From Basidiobolus meristosporus CBS 931.73 (taxonomy: Eukaryota > Fungi > Basidiobolomycota): a stretch of 64,000 nt of DNA. Within the stretch, counting starts at the first letter, position 1; each line of letters begins with the position of its first letter. Location: positions 90,423 to 154,422 of the forward strand of contig MCFE01000148.1 of NCBI GenBank assembly GCA_002104905.1, in the 5' to 3' direction. A model generated the notes under the pieces. That model saw nothing but the letters and a program-made list of their open reading frames with translations, made no database searches and was not told where the DNA came from. The position numbers and the translations under genes were made by a program. Of the stretch, positions 11,928 to 24,679 are shown piece by piece.

Positions 11928-14900
11928 AGACTTGTTCCATTGTTACAAGTCTTGGTATAAGAATTGTAGAGGAATAGGGAGTTTAGCTAGTATTGTATTC
12001 ACTATAACTGAGCTGATTTTATTGAGGTTCCAGCAGCTCCTTATATACATTTTTGCCAGATCAATTGCTGACTAATTTTATTTCCTAATGTAGGTTGTGG
12101 CTGATGACTCATTCAATTGCATCAGCATCACCCAAGAAGATCCTACCTAATATATCTATTTCTGTCTGATAAGGATCTGCTGATTCATTTGCTGACTAAT
12201 GCTGCTGATTTGATAGATAATACTGATATACTGATAACCTAAACATATACTAATTGATTGGACTAAAAAACTGATCTAACTTAAACATTCAAGCAACAGA
12301 TCACAACATTCTCCCCTGCTAAAGTTGAGAGGGCTCTCCTGAATCTCTTTTCTTGTGATACCAATATCTTGATGGTTCAGTATTATCAGCAAGTCTGCAA
12401 GCTTGATTCAGTCCCTATGCACTAAGTCTTCCCGTATATTGCCTTGTTTGTCTACTAGTAGGTAAGTTGTAAATGGACATTTCTGACATTCTTGAATGGT
12501 CCTGTCCATTGTGGCTCAAACTTCTTCCAAGTGTTGTTTCTTAGCAAAACAAAGTTCCCAACTGTCAATGCTTCTGGTGCTATAGTCTTATCAAATCTCT
12601 GATTCATCTTTTCTGCACTTTGAGATACTTTTGTCTGTGCTTCTTGATGTCTTTGTTCCAGTTGCTGGTGTCTACTTGGCTGCCTGAGTTCATCTTCTAA
12701 GGTGTCTGTAAGCTTTGGTTGTGTGAGATCTCCAGGAATCCTTGGTTAACATCCATACATAGAGTAAAATGGCAATTTTTGGGCAGTGTTGTGTACTCCA
12801 ACTCTGCATACAAAGAGTGCTTGGTCTATATACTCATCCCATCTACTGACAGCTCCATTTGCATACTTGGTCAGCACTTTTCCAAATAATCCATTAAACT
12901 GTTCAGTGACTCCATTAGTTCTGGGGTGATATGTCAAGGTTTTCAAGTATTTGATCTGCTGCATTTCCAGGTAAGCTTCCAATGTCTTTGCCATAAAGTT
13001 TGAGCCTCTATCAGATAGAATCTCTACAGGGCATCCAAACTTGAAAAGGATCTCATTGCACATGAAACTTGCAACTTCTTGTTCACTGGCTCTAGGTACA
13101 GCTTTAGCCACTGGCCATTTAGTGGCATGGTCAATTGCTACTAGGATCCAATGGTTGTATTTCCCAGTAGCTGGCAGTCTTCCAAAAAAGTCAATTCCCC
13201 ATCCTTCAAATGGTCTTACAGGCTCCAAGGGAAAGAGCTCAGCAATTCTATGTGGTTGGTCTTGGTTGAATTGGCAATTTGGGCATGTTTTCACTAGCTT
13301 CTCAATGTCATTTTTCATTCTGGGCCACCATGCTCTAGCTTTCACAAGGCTATACATTCCTTCAATTGAAAGATGTCCATATCCAGTGTGTAGCTTATGT
13401 ATTAAATCCAGGCAAGAAACATGAGGGCAATAGGCAATGGGGCTTCCATCAACAATTTCGTAGAGTGCTTCATCATATACTACAAATTTGCTGGCTTCAT
13501 CCTGAATAATCTTCTTGATATCTTAATGCACCTCATCAAGAATGGCTAGGTCCTCCAAGTACTTTGGTAATAGGCTAGGCCAATCTGATTCATGCACCAA
13601 GTTGAGTTGTGCAACTTGGCCTAATCTTGAAAAGGTATCAGCAACCATGTTGTTTTTTCCAGGGCAGTAGACAATCTCCAAGTCAAATTGCTGAATGTAT
13701 TCACACCATCTTTTCACTCTTCTAGAGAGTACCTTCTGAGTAAATATATAGTTGAGGGAGGCATGATCAGTTTTTACAGTGCATTTGACTCCTTCAATAT
13801 AGCATCTCCTTGTCTTCAAACAGTGTATTATAGCAAGCATCTCCTTCTCATGCACTAGATAGTTTTGTTTGGCTGAGTTCAGTTTCTTGGATTCAAAGGC
13901 AACAGGGTAGTTCTTTCCCTTGTGTTCTTGGCTCAACACTCCACCAATTGCATAATCTTAAGCATCTGTGCCCAGAGTAAACTCTTTTCTGAAGTCAGGT
14001 ATTCTTAAGCTTGGCAGCTTAGCAAGTTCATTCTTGAGCATCTGGAAGGCAGTTTCACAAGTTATGTCCCAATTGTAGATGTTGTCTTGCTGGAGGATAT
14101 CAGTTAAAGGAGCTGCAATACTTCAAAGGACTTGACAAATCTCCAATAATTGGAAACCATTCCAAGGAATGATCTGAGCTCTGATATGTTATGGGGCTGC
14201 TTCACATTCTTGATAACTTCAACCTTTTTAGGGACTAAGGTTACTCCTGTGCTAGTCACTATGTGTCCCAGATATTCAACAAGTTCCTTGATGAATTCTT
14301 ACTTAGGTAGCTTGCCATAAAGCTTGTTCTCTCATAGCTTCTTCAAGATCTTTTCAATGTGCACCAAGTGATCCTCTTCTGTCTTGCTGTATATCAATAC
14401 ATCATCTAGGCAAATTATGACAAACTTGTCTATGTACTCCTGGAAGACAGTCTGCATCAGGGTCATGAATGCTGCAGGGGCTTTGGTGAGGCCAAAACTC
14501 ATGACTAAGTACTTTTAATGTCCATATCTGGTCCTGAATGTTGTCTTAGGGATGTCTTCTGGCTTCACCCTAATTTGGTTGTATCCTGACATGAGGTCAA
14601 TCTTACTGAAAATAGTGGCTTCATTGAGTTGGTCCAAGAGCTCATCAATCCAAGGTATAGGGTACTTATTTTTCACGGTAACTGAGTTGAGGGCTCTGTA
14701 GTCAATGCACATCCTAAGTGTTCCATCCTTCTTCTTCAGAAAAAGCACTGGTGCTCCCCAAGGTTACTTGCTGGGTCTGATATATCCATGCTCCAGTAAC
14801 TGATCTATGTGTCTCTTCATCTCTTCCAGCTTCAATGGACTCATTCTGTAAGGTGTCTTACTCTCTGGAGGGCTATCTCCTGTTTCAATGGCATGATCCA

Positions 14901-17900
14901 CATTGATGACTAGTGGTAGGCTTACAAGCTCATCTGGAAATATGTTTGAGTATTCCTTCAAAAGAGTCTGGACCTTCTGGTGTACTGGAATTGAGGAATC
15001 CTGCTGTAATACTGCCATGAGGAACATCTGGGTACCTTTTCTTGGTGCTCTACAAAACTGTGTCTTGCTAAGTTCACTTGTTTCACACACATTGGAATTG
15101 ACCAAGTTAAAATCCAGTCTGGCAGGTAATAGCTCATAGGTCTTGTTGTCCTTCAAGAACTGAGTAGCATGGGCTCTCCAGCTGATTGATAGATTACAAC
15201 AAAATAGCCAGGTTTTCCTAAGTACAAGGTCAAACTTGCAGTTCCCAAATATATAGGCCTGTAGCTCTTCTTCATAGTATTTGATCTTCATCCTTACTGG
15301 ATGAGTAATACAGTTGATTATGTGAGAGTTCCCATCACCTGTTGAGACATTCTATCAATTTGCCCAAGTAGATATCTATATTCATAGATGTACTCTTAGA
15401 CCTTTCATTTCTGTCTGAGCATTTTCACCTTTCTTCTTAGTAGTGTCTGTTGGCATGGGGGCTCAAAAGTATCCTGAATTTCCAACACAAACTCATCCCA
15501 GGTAGAGTTTGTAGAGCATCCCATTTTGGTGACTGACCTGATCTTGTTATGGTACCACTGTAAAGCTGCGTTTTCCAGGTAAGAGACTGCATAATGTACC
15601 TTGCTTTCTGGAGCAATTCCCTTAGCCTTGAAGGCTTCTTCAATCTGGAAGTGCCAAGTTCCCAGGTTTTCATTGACTCTACCATGGTACCGGTGGACCT
15701 TCACACTAAAGTTGCTCTTGACAGAGTTTTGCTAGCTTTGGGCCATGGTAGTCATTCCTTGTTGCTGCTGGCTAAGGATCTGGAGTAACTGTTGCTGTTG
15801 GGCCAGGATTTGTTGCATAGCATTCTTCCATTCTTGATTTTCCGACATCTTGAGGGAGGTTTCTTCTTTCTTCAGGAGGGAGGTTTCTGGTCATTGCTGC
15901 TACCAATGTTACAAGTCTTGGTATAAGAGTTGTAGAGGAATAGGGAGTTTAGCTAGTATTGTATTCACTAGAACTTGAACTGATCATTATTGAGATTCCA
16001 GCAGCTCCTTATATACATTTTCCAGATCAATTGCTGACTATTTTATTTCCTAATGTAGACTGTGGCTGATGACTCATTGGATTGCATCATCATCACCCAA
16101 TAAGATCCATCCTAATATATCTATTTCTGTCTGATAAGGATCTGCTGATTCATCTGCTGACTAATGCTACTGATTTGATAGATAATTCTGATGTACTGAT
16201 AACCTAAACATATAACTAAGAGATTTGACTAAAAACTGATCTAACTGAAACATTCAAGCGGCAGATCATAACACCAGGGTACCATGCCAGGGCATGCGGT
16301 GCAATCTGCGGTCCCTAAGAGCAATTGGGTGTGATATTGTAGCTACCAGTAGGCCAGATTGCTCTTGGAAAATTTTGCATCATGTGAGACAATCTTGCAC
16401 ACTATGGCACAATCTGACACAATGAGGTTGGCACAAATGATCTTGCCCACTTGTAATGCCTGCATCACGTGAGCAATGGGATACTGCTATTATGGTAGGT
16501 AAAATCTGGTATTTGGATATGTTTCTTCAATGTAAATGAAAATAAATGCATATCATACTATCAACTAAACTGACACTTACCATTTTGGTTACCATCACTC
16601 CAATTGGATGGTATCTCAGTGGTTAATTAGTCCAAAAGTATCCTGAAGCTGTCAGCCCCCAATTGGCTCTTTTACCAATACACAAGCTACCTGATTCACC
16701 ATCAAGTATTGCATTTTGCCCATTAAGCAAGTAAATCTCTAATCCTAATGATTGGACAAGGTGTCATAGCTAGCATGCAACCAGTTTTATGGGTGCAAAT
16801 CAGATCAAATGGCTGCACTGGTGCCACAGATGATGTATAGATATGCAGGGTGTTTATTTATAGGGGTCCTGTGTCAAATGTGAGACAACCTTGATATTGC
16901 TTATATCAAAAATTTAGTGATCCCTGATTTGCAATCGCTTGATGCGGATTGCAAAAAAAATGCATTGTTTGGATCATTACAAATAATAGCAATTCAATGT
17001 AGTTGCATCATCTTCTCCTAGGCTTTTTTCTCACAGGGATTACTACTGAAGCATTTGATAGTGATTCACTTTACACACCTAAACTACTTTCTTGTTGACT
17101 ATCCTCTTGGCTACTTGTGTGTTTGTAGTCAGTATTTTGCCTCCTAGTTGATGAGTGCAATGCTGCAGCTTGGCCATGCTGAATTGCTCCAGATGATGCA
17201 ACTGAGCCAGCCTGCAGTGCTACGTGCTGATGCGTTCTTTTACTTGCCAAGGGCTCTGGTGGTGGAGGCACTTCATGCTGGTTATCATCAGTCAGTTCAC
17301 CAGAAGAAACTTGCTGATGGTCAGATGTAATGGCATGCGCAGACGCAACTTTATGCACTTGCATAGCCCTTAGCTGAGTTTGATGTGATGCTGCTTGTTG
17401 ATGCAACTTGGCCTGCTCCAATGGACTTGTGTCTTTTTGTGCAGTTTGGTGGGTTCTGGTGGTTTTGCTCTGAAGTGCGCATGTTGACCCAATATGTGTG
17501 GAGTCAATGCAAGGTGCTCTTGTGAAGGGTACTGGTGTAGTTTGGACTGACATGTGCTGATACGCTGAAGTTGCAAGGGATGGTAAGGAATCCAGCAAGG
17601 TGTGCTGGCACAATCTAGACAATGTTACTTGCAGTCTGTATTCTTCCTCTTGAAGCTCACCTTCTGATTCCTTAAGGTAGTCACTTACCCTCAGTCTAAT
17701 ACTTTGGAACTATTGCCTGGATGAGTCCTGTGTATATTGCTCTTGGAATCCACTTAGCTCTACTAATATATCACATATTACATTGGTCAGTTGAGGCAAG
17801 ACTCATTCAAAATCTCTTTGGTTCCCAAAGCTGAGGCACAAACAGACGCATCTGGCCTGTACTGAGCAAATTGTGCACAAAATTGCTCCTGCATGGCTTC

Positions 17901-19158
17901 CTCATCAAATCCCCTCACTCTCATATCATTCTTGATTTCAATACTTGTCTTGTTATATATCTTCTTACATACATCTGCTGGCATCTTGATGTAGAACTCA
18001 TGCCACAGCTCTCTACTCAGGTTCTTCCATCTTTGTTGACTCTCCAAGGTATCTAGTTCTGCTAGATTAATGAGTAGTGCCCAAATATCTGTATGAAGGC
18101 TCATCATAGACACTTGGTCCATACTGAAATCATTTGGCAAGAACTCAAACAGATTGGACATTGCCTTTTCTGGTCCAGACCATGCTTGTGAGCTGGAGGA
18201 TGGGTTTTGTCTGGGTTGAACTAAAGATGAGTTGAGACTTGGCATAGGGACCATAGTGACAGATTTGGATACTTACACAGCAGTGTATTGGCATCAACCT
18301 GGTCTTATATGAAATATATATGAAAAGTAATGTGATTGCTGAATTTTCCCTATATTATTCATGATGCATGTAGGATTGCATTGGCATGGATCAGATCACA
18401 TCAATTGCAGATTTCCTCTCTGATTATAAACTTGTGAGTAAAACATCAATACAAATACCCAGTCATTGCTTGAGGATGATTTTTGTGACATAACAATGGG
18501 ATACATGGCAATTGGTGCAGATATAATCATAATGCATGCAAAATCAGATAAATAAAGCTGATTGTGCGATATCAATTCATATCACCTCAGCCCAATCCTT
18601 CACCTATTTTAATATGACTTACTCATCTGAATGGTCTTTTCTCATCAATCCCACCACTACTACTGGATTTCCTTTTGACATACTAGAGGAGATATATACC
18701 AAGTACTTTGGTCCATCTACCCCCATCTACTCAATGAATCCCCTTGTTAAGCTTCTCTACTGTGTCAAAAGCTATTGCCTTACATGGTTTCATCTCACCA
18801 TCCATGGCAACAAAAGCTCTAGAAGCTTTCATTCCCAGCTGACAGCAATGGAGATTTAATCATTTCAGAGTGAGGGTAGAGCATACATTTGGATATCTGA
18901 AGAGATTCAGCACATTGGCAGGTAAATTCAGAGGAAAGTCATATATAGGAGAAAACAGCAAAATAGGTAAAATAGTTAAGATACTTATCAATGCACAGTA
19001 TATTCATACAAGAAGACATCCACTGAGAGAAATGTGTCTGGATCATTATGAAGAGTAAATAAAGCAAGGAAAGCACTACTCTGAGCAGCATAAGTAAGAT
19101 TGAGTAAAATCATCAGTAACTATATCATACCATTAGCACTATCCAACAGAACAAGTCT
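11928..19158 (+). mobile_element. PHIS (Pangu-like) DNA transposon, copy 2: non-autonomous and interrupted by Gypsy B
   Basis: Left TIR AGACTTGTTCCAT at 11928-11940, body at 16274-19158, right TIR CAACAGAACAAGTCT. Flanks AAC/AAT. The transposase has a deletion of about 440 bp (equivalent to 3885-4324 of copy 1). Confidence 0.88.
11941..16273 (-). mobile_element. Ty3/Gypsy element B, internally deleted and decayed
   Basis: LTRs at 11941-12308 and 15907-16273. PBS TGGTAGCAG (tRNAiMet 3' end). PPT at 12309-12317. Fragments of gag (15405-15704), RT (14515-14748), RNase H (13523-13939) and integrase (12746-13357). Confidence 0.92.
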
Positions 19159-22100
19159 AATAGCTGGGTTATTATGACTAAGCCATGAGCTTCCAAGTAC
19201 TATGGAGTAGTGGGGAGAGTAGACAATGTTAAAGGCTAGTGTCTTGTGGTGACCAGTATTCAACAGCTGGAGTAGACATGTCTTATGGTTAACAGTACTG
19301 GAGGAGAGGGATCTACCATCAATAACTTCTGCTTGGACAGGACAGGATTTCAGGATAGTGGGGATTTTGTGCTTCTGGACAAAGGACTGGTCAATGAAAC
19401 TGGAGGAAGCACCAGAATCTATGGGGGCAAGGACATGGACAGGACTGGACTTAGGGATATGGATGCTGACAGGCATTCTTAAGGACTGGATGGACTTGGT
19501 AGCATATGATGTTTCTTGAATATGTTGAGTTTTCATTGGAGGGTTCAGTTGCAAGCCTGTCATTGTGAATGGACACTGGAGTTTCCCAACAATTGTGGAG
19601 AAGGCTGTTCACTTGGTGATTGCAGGAGTTTGAAGCCGGACTTCTTGTTGGGACAAGACTTGGTAAAATGGCCTGGTTGACCACAGTACAGGCAGAGGTT
19701 TGCCTGCTGACATCCACATCTTTCTTCTTTTGTAAGTTTCTTGTATTTGGCTCTGTCAATTTGCATAGGATCTTCAGGCTTAGTAATGGGTGACTGGATT
19801 ACTGGGAAGGAGGTTGGCTGATAAGTATGTCAGAACTTTTGTTTCTTCTGGAAAAGATGACTGCCACATTGGATTGCTTGATGTATAGCTTCACCCAAGG
19901 TAGTTGGGTCAGGGAGTGTGAGTAGTAGGTCACTGACTTAATCATTAAGTCCATCTTGAAGCTGACTAATTAGGGCAGCATCACCCCAAAGGCTGAAGTC
20001 ACTGGCTAGTAGGTGGAATTCAGAAGCATAGGCAGGTGCAGGTCTGTTTCCTTGCTTCAAATTCTTGATCTTGTTGGCAGCAGTTCTGGCTTGGTCAATG
20101 TTGCCAAATGTTAGCTCCATGTCTGTGAGGGGGGTATGGTAGTCACTGAGTAGAGGGAAGTTGGTTTCCACCATAGGGGAGACCATTTCTGGGCAGTTCC
20201 AGTGAGTAGGCTGGAGTTATATCCAGCTTTTGCTTGATTTGTTGGGAACCAATTGGGTTGTAGCAACAAGTGATGTTTGACTTTGTTGATGAAACCTTGG
20301 AACTCATTTTGAGAGCCACTGAACTTAGTAGTGGAAGTGATCTTGGGGTCATGGTAGGAGGGAGTATGGATAAGATGTTGAGTATTTTGGCTCTGAAGCT
20401 GAGCAACAGTGTTTCTGAGATCTGCATTACCTTTTTGCAGCTGGGCAAAGGCAGCCATGATGCTTGCATAGTTATATTCTAGACTGGCCAGGTTGGGTTA
20501 GCAGGAGGTGGAGAGGTTTCTTGAGCTTGTTCAGGAGTACCAGATACTACTAGCTGATATGGAGGTTAGAAAGCCATTAGTTTGTCAGTAATACATTTAT
20601 TGAGCTACAATCCCCAACTTTAAGTAAGTTAGCATCACTTCAGAAGGTACTGACTTTATTGTTCTTTGATAGAGTATTGTACCAAAGCTTCCAATGCTGT
20701 AACAACTGTAAACTACACCAGCAGGGTAATAAGATGAATGCAGCTTGGGCCAATAACTTTACAATAAAGATTCAGGGAGATACTTGCTGTATGTATTCCT
20801 TTACAAGTTCTTCTCAAGAACTTTGGGTACAAGGCAGAGATCCACAGGTAAGTCAAGAGTAGTCTGATAAAACTGTTATGAGTAGGCACAAGGCAGAAGA
20901 GCAGAGCTAGGCAAGGGAGGACCTGGAGAGGACTTAGGTGTGGATCACAAGGCAAGGCATGTTTCCAAGGCAAGGCTACTTACTCAAGACCTGTGTTTAT
21001 TGGACTGAGGAATACCTAAGTGGGGATAGTACAATAAATACTTTTTGGCAATATGGATGCCAATATTGGCTAATACTAATGGGGTTCTGGGGTGAGGCAC
21101 AGTAAGTGTGCCAAGATGGAAATATACTAAAGAACAAACTAGAATATCACATGGAGATATGTCAGGGGTTGGCTGATCATGTGACCAGGTCATATGACAT
21201 GTAAATACCATATAGGATATGGGACTACATGAATCCCAATGGGAAGCTTCCATAGAATGTTCCATAGTGTAACATTGACTTGGAGCTTTCAAGAAGTTGC
21301 TAGAATGTAGTAGAACTTTCTAGAAGGAACTTGGATTTCTTTGCTGACTTGATTTGGCTTGATAATTGGAGGCCAGGGATGACATTTGCTCATGACAGTA
21401 GGTTTCTGATGGTCCCATGATATACTGGCCTAGTAGTAATACTCTACTAGATTTCTAACAGCCTCTTTTATATTGGTCTTATCTTCATCATAGCATTCCA
21501 CAGCTTTGCAGATCTTCAGTGTCGTTTGGTTTTTAAGCTCTGGTATACAAACCACTGTCTCTCTCTCTCTCATGCTGTAATAGGTTCTCTGTTAGCTTTA
21601 TCTCTACACACTGTGTTGTGTTTCAAAACTGTACAGTATTCCACTGCTGTGACATTGGGAAACCACCCAACTCTTGGCTGTGACCCTGAGCTATCTGATT
21701 TCCCTCTTTGCAGCCTAGATAGAGTATTGTTTACCTGGGATATGGATTGCTCTACACATATTATCTGTGCTTTGGTTTTTGGATTATTTCCTGATTTCTC
21801 TGGGCCATTACATCTAACCTATAAGCTACTGCCCCTAATTGCCTCCTCAATGCTTTAATATGAGCTGTCAATATGCTTGCTGATACTTGTGATGCATGTC
21901 ATAAGAGCTGTTTGCTAGTCTTATACAAGGATACTGTGTTTGCTACATTTTCATCTCCCTGAGTATTATGATCAGCTTGTGCCTCCGCAGAGTTAATCTG
22001 GTTCCTGAACAATTTGAAGCCTGCGGAGTCTGCATCTCTACCTGTAGTGGGCCTACTGTCAGCATGGCCTTTTTTGGATGCAGCCCCAATTACTGCAGTG

Positions 22101-22854
22101 AATGTAAGAGCAAGCTGTTGTTCAATTATTCTGCTGTTGCTGTCAGCAATGCAGTTTAGTTGGGAACCCCAGAGCTTTGCTTTGATATTTGGTGGCATAT
22201 GTAAGATGGAATGTTAAATCAAATGAGAAATAGTGTTACATACCAGTGTTTATGTGGTGCCACTGCTTTATTCATAGTGCTTACTATGGTGGTTATCATT
22301 GATTATTATATTCATGTAGGTGCAAAGTCTCAAATACAATACTGTTGTAAACATTTGTCAATTGACAAAAAACTGTTTCAAAGGTGTATGTTGTTGCATG
22401 TCAAGCTGTTTGCCCATTAACAAGACTTCTTTGATGCACTGCTTTAATAGAAGGGAAATACCACCATGTGACAATCTTAAGAAGCCTCTCAGACATGAAT
22501 CAAATAGAATGCATAAGAAGTATTGCAAGGTTCATGGCCAGCATTTTGCCACACAAGTCATGTTGGAGTATTCATCAGTTTCTACTGTACCAACAATATC
22601 CTGCCATCCATTTGATACTTCTAAAATGGCACCTAGTTGTACTTGTCACCTTGTGCAAGCCAACTTGGGGGAGTTTGCAATGCCTTTTGCCTCACCTTAT
22701 CATACTGAATATAGTTTACAGAGTGATAGCTCTGAAGAACTAGGCTTACTGATATATTGCAAGCTTATCTCCCCTTGCATTAGGACCCTGCAAAAGCCTG
22801 GCAAAATCCTGATGTGCAATATGATATCATCAGTGAAAAAAACAGTAAGAATAC

Positions 22855-23120
22855 TCTGTGTAGTATATATACCTTTACATTGTCTTGGCATAACAAACAC
22901 ATAGAATAGGTTAAGGAGGGTGCCAAGAGTATGTGTGCAAAGTTTTGGGCTGCTTGGACAACTTTGAGAATTCTCATGTTCTATGTACCTGGTATTTTGG
23001 TGAAAATATTCCAAGTAAATCCAACAAGGAATTTGGTCAGTTTTCTCTAGGATATGAAGGTAATGATCTAAGCAACTAAGTTAGGTGAATATTTAAGTGG
23101 AAATACAAATTTTTACAACA
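22855..23120 (-). repeat. Partial Copia family E LTR
   Basis: Matches the distal 265 bp of 62024-62373 and ends in tttttacaaca. Confidence 0.8.
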
Positions 23121-24679
23121 AGAAGCACTCAGTCAAAGTAGTAGTGAAGGACCTGGCAGTGATAAAAACAGCTGCTTTTACAGGAGCCCATCACAACTAT
23201 AGTTGAGAGCTTGAAACAAGCAGAAAAGAAATGTCAGGTTGCCAGAAGAGTGCCAGCAAGGGGCAAGCAGGCCAAAACAGATGTGTCAGAGCAGAATTTA
23301 TCAAGCAGAGAACTTAGTTCATTACAAGAAGCACTCAGACAAAGTAGCGGTGAAAGTCCTGGCAGTGATAAAGGAAAAGGTAAAGGGAGAAATGTCTACC
23401 CAAGCCTGAGACAGGGAGGTATGCAAAAAAAACTGCAGTTCTTGCCAATTAATGCCATAAGCCCAGTACAGACTGAGTCCTATCATAACCAAGAAGAATT
23501 ACCAACAAGAAAACAGCTGTTTTCACAAGAGTTGGAAGTGTAGCCAGTTGAGCTACACTCCAGCAAGGTAGATGAGTTTGCAGAAAAAGGCAATTTGTCT
23601 ACCACAGCCTCCACATCCTTCATTGTTGACTAAGTGGAAATCCCACAGACAGACAAGGCTACAATGTCAATAACTCAAGAGACTATCACAATCCCTTTAA
23701 TGGAATCTTGGAGCACTAATAAGCACACCCAGAGGTTGCAGCACTTCTTCAAGAGCAGTACTCAAGTAAATGCACTTGAATATTGCAAGGATTTACTGCA
23801 AAGACTGGCAGATGAGGTCCCAGACCTTGCAGTGCCAGCTGAAGACCAGGATGTGTGAGAACCAGTGAATGAACAGCGGCATAAATCCATTGGGTTCCTG
23901 CCAAAGTTGTGGAACCAGATTGTTACAGCAGAAATACCTATTGGGTGGTGAATTTCAATGGAGCTACTTGTTGAGTGTGGGGTGGGGCTTAATGTTAGTG
24001 TAGGGCATAAAAACTTCTATAGGTCAAAACAATTGGCATTTGAGGTACAACTGAAGTTTCAACAGAAATAAATCAATTTGTACGCATGAAAAGTAAGAGA
24101 AATGGTTGAGTCAGGAAGTAAGGAGTGTGAAAAAGAGGCAATAGCCAATCAATGCACACAAATGTAGGAGGTGATAGAGTGTCCAGGATCAGAAAGTGAG
24201 CAAATTGGCAGGGAACTAATCAAAAGCTGCTTATACATTGTTGTAATGAAAAATTTTGACTAAGTTTTTTGTGAGATCTGGAGTGCAATTATTTTTTAAG
24301 TCTCTGGACAGTGTCCTGATGGGATCAGTGCTTCTTAGTCACAATACTTTGGGATGGCCTTTTGACAGGATCATTATAATAATTTTTCATAGGGTATACC
24401 ATAAGGTTCAGTATGCTTTATTAAAACTTTTCTTATTAAATTGAGTTTGTTAGCACTAAGAGACTGGATTAATTGAAATCAATTTGTGTGCTGCTTGGTG
24501 GATAGGATAATTCAGAGTTACATCATAGATCAGCTGATGTCTTGGCAACTACTGTGTGGTTTGGTAGATCTGAGATGACTTATCACTTCAAAAGGCTTAG
24601 CAGATTGATTGAGGATGTAATGAGCATATGAAAATTGATCAGGTATGACAGCTACAAATAGATTCTGAGATGCAATAAA

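Larger units (their letters stand above)
11614..21199 (-). mobile_element. Ty3/Gypsy element D (5' LTR, gag, protease, start of RT), interrupted by PHIS copy 2 and 3'-truncated
   Basis: LTR at 20583-21199. Gag with CLYCGQPGH knuckle (19560-20470). Protease IDSGAS (19160-19563). The reading continues at 11927-11614 (NWKTK...HRPYDCPI...FGPIYNL). Confidence 0.8.

Noticed and set aside
21200-21660. Possible additional LTR ending in ...ctgtgaca
   Set aside because: It is LTR-like in composition, but there is no second copy, TSD or clear PBS in the window.
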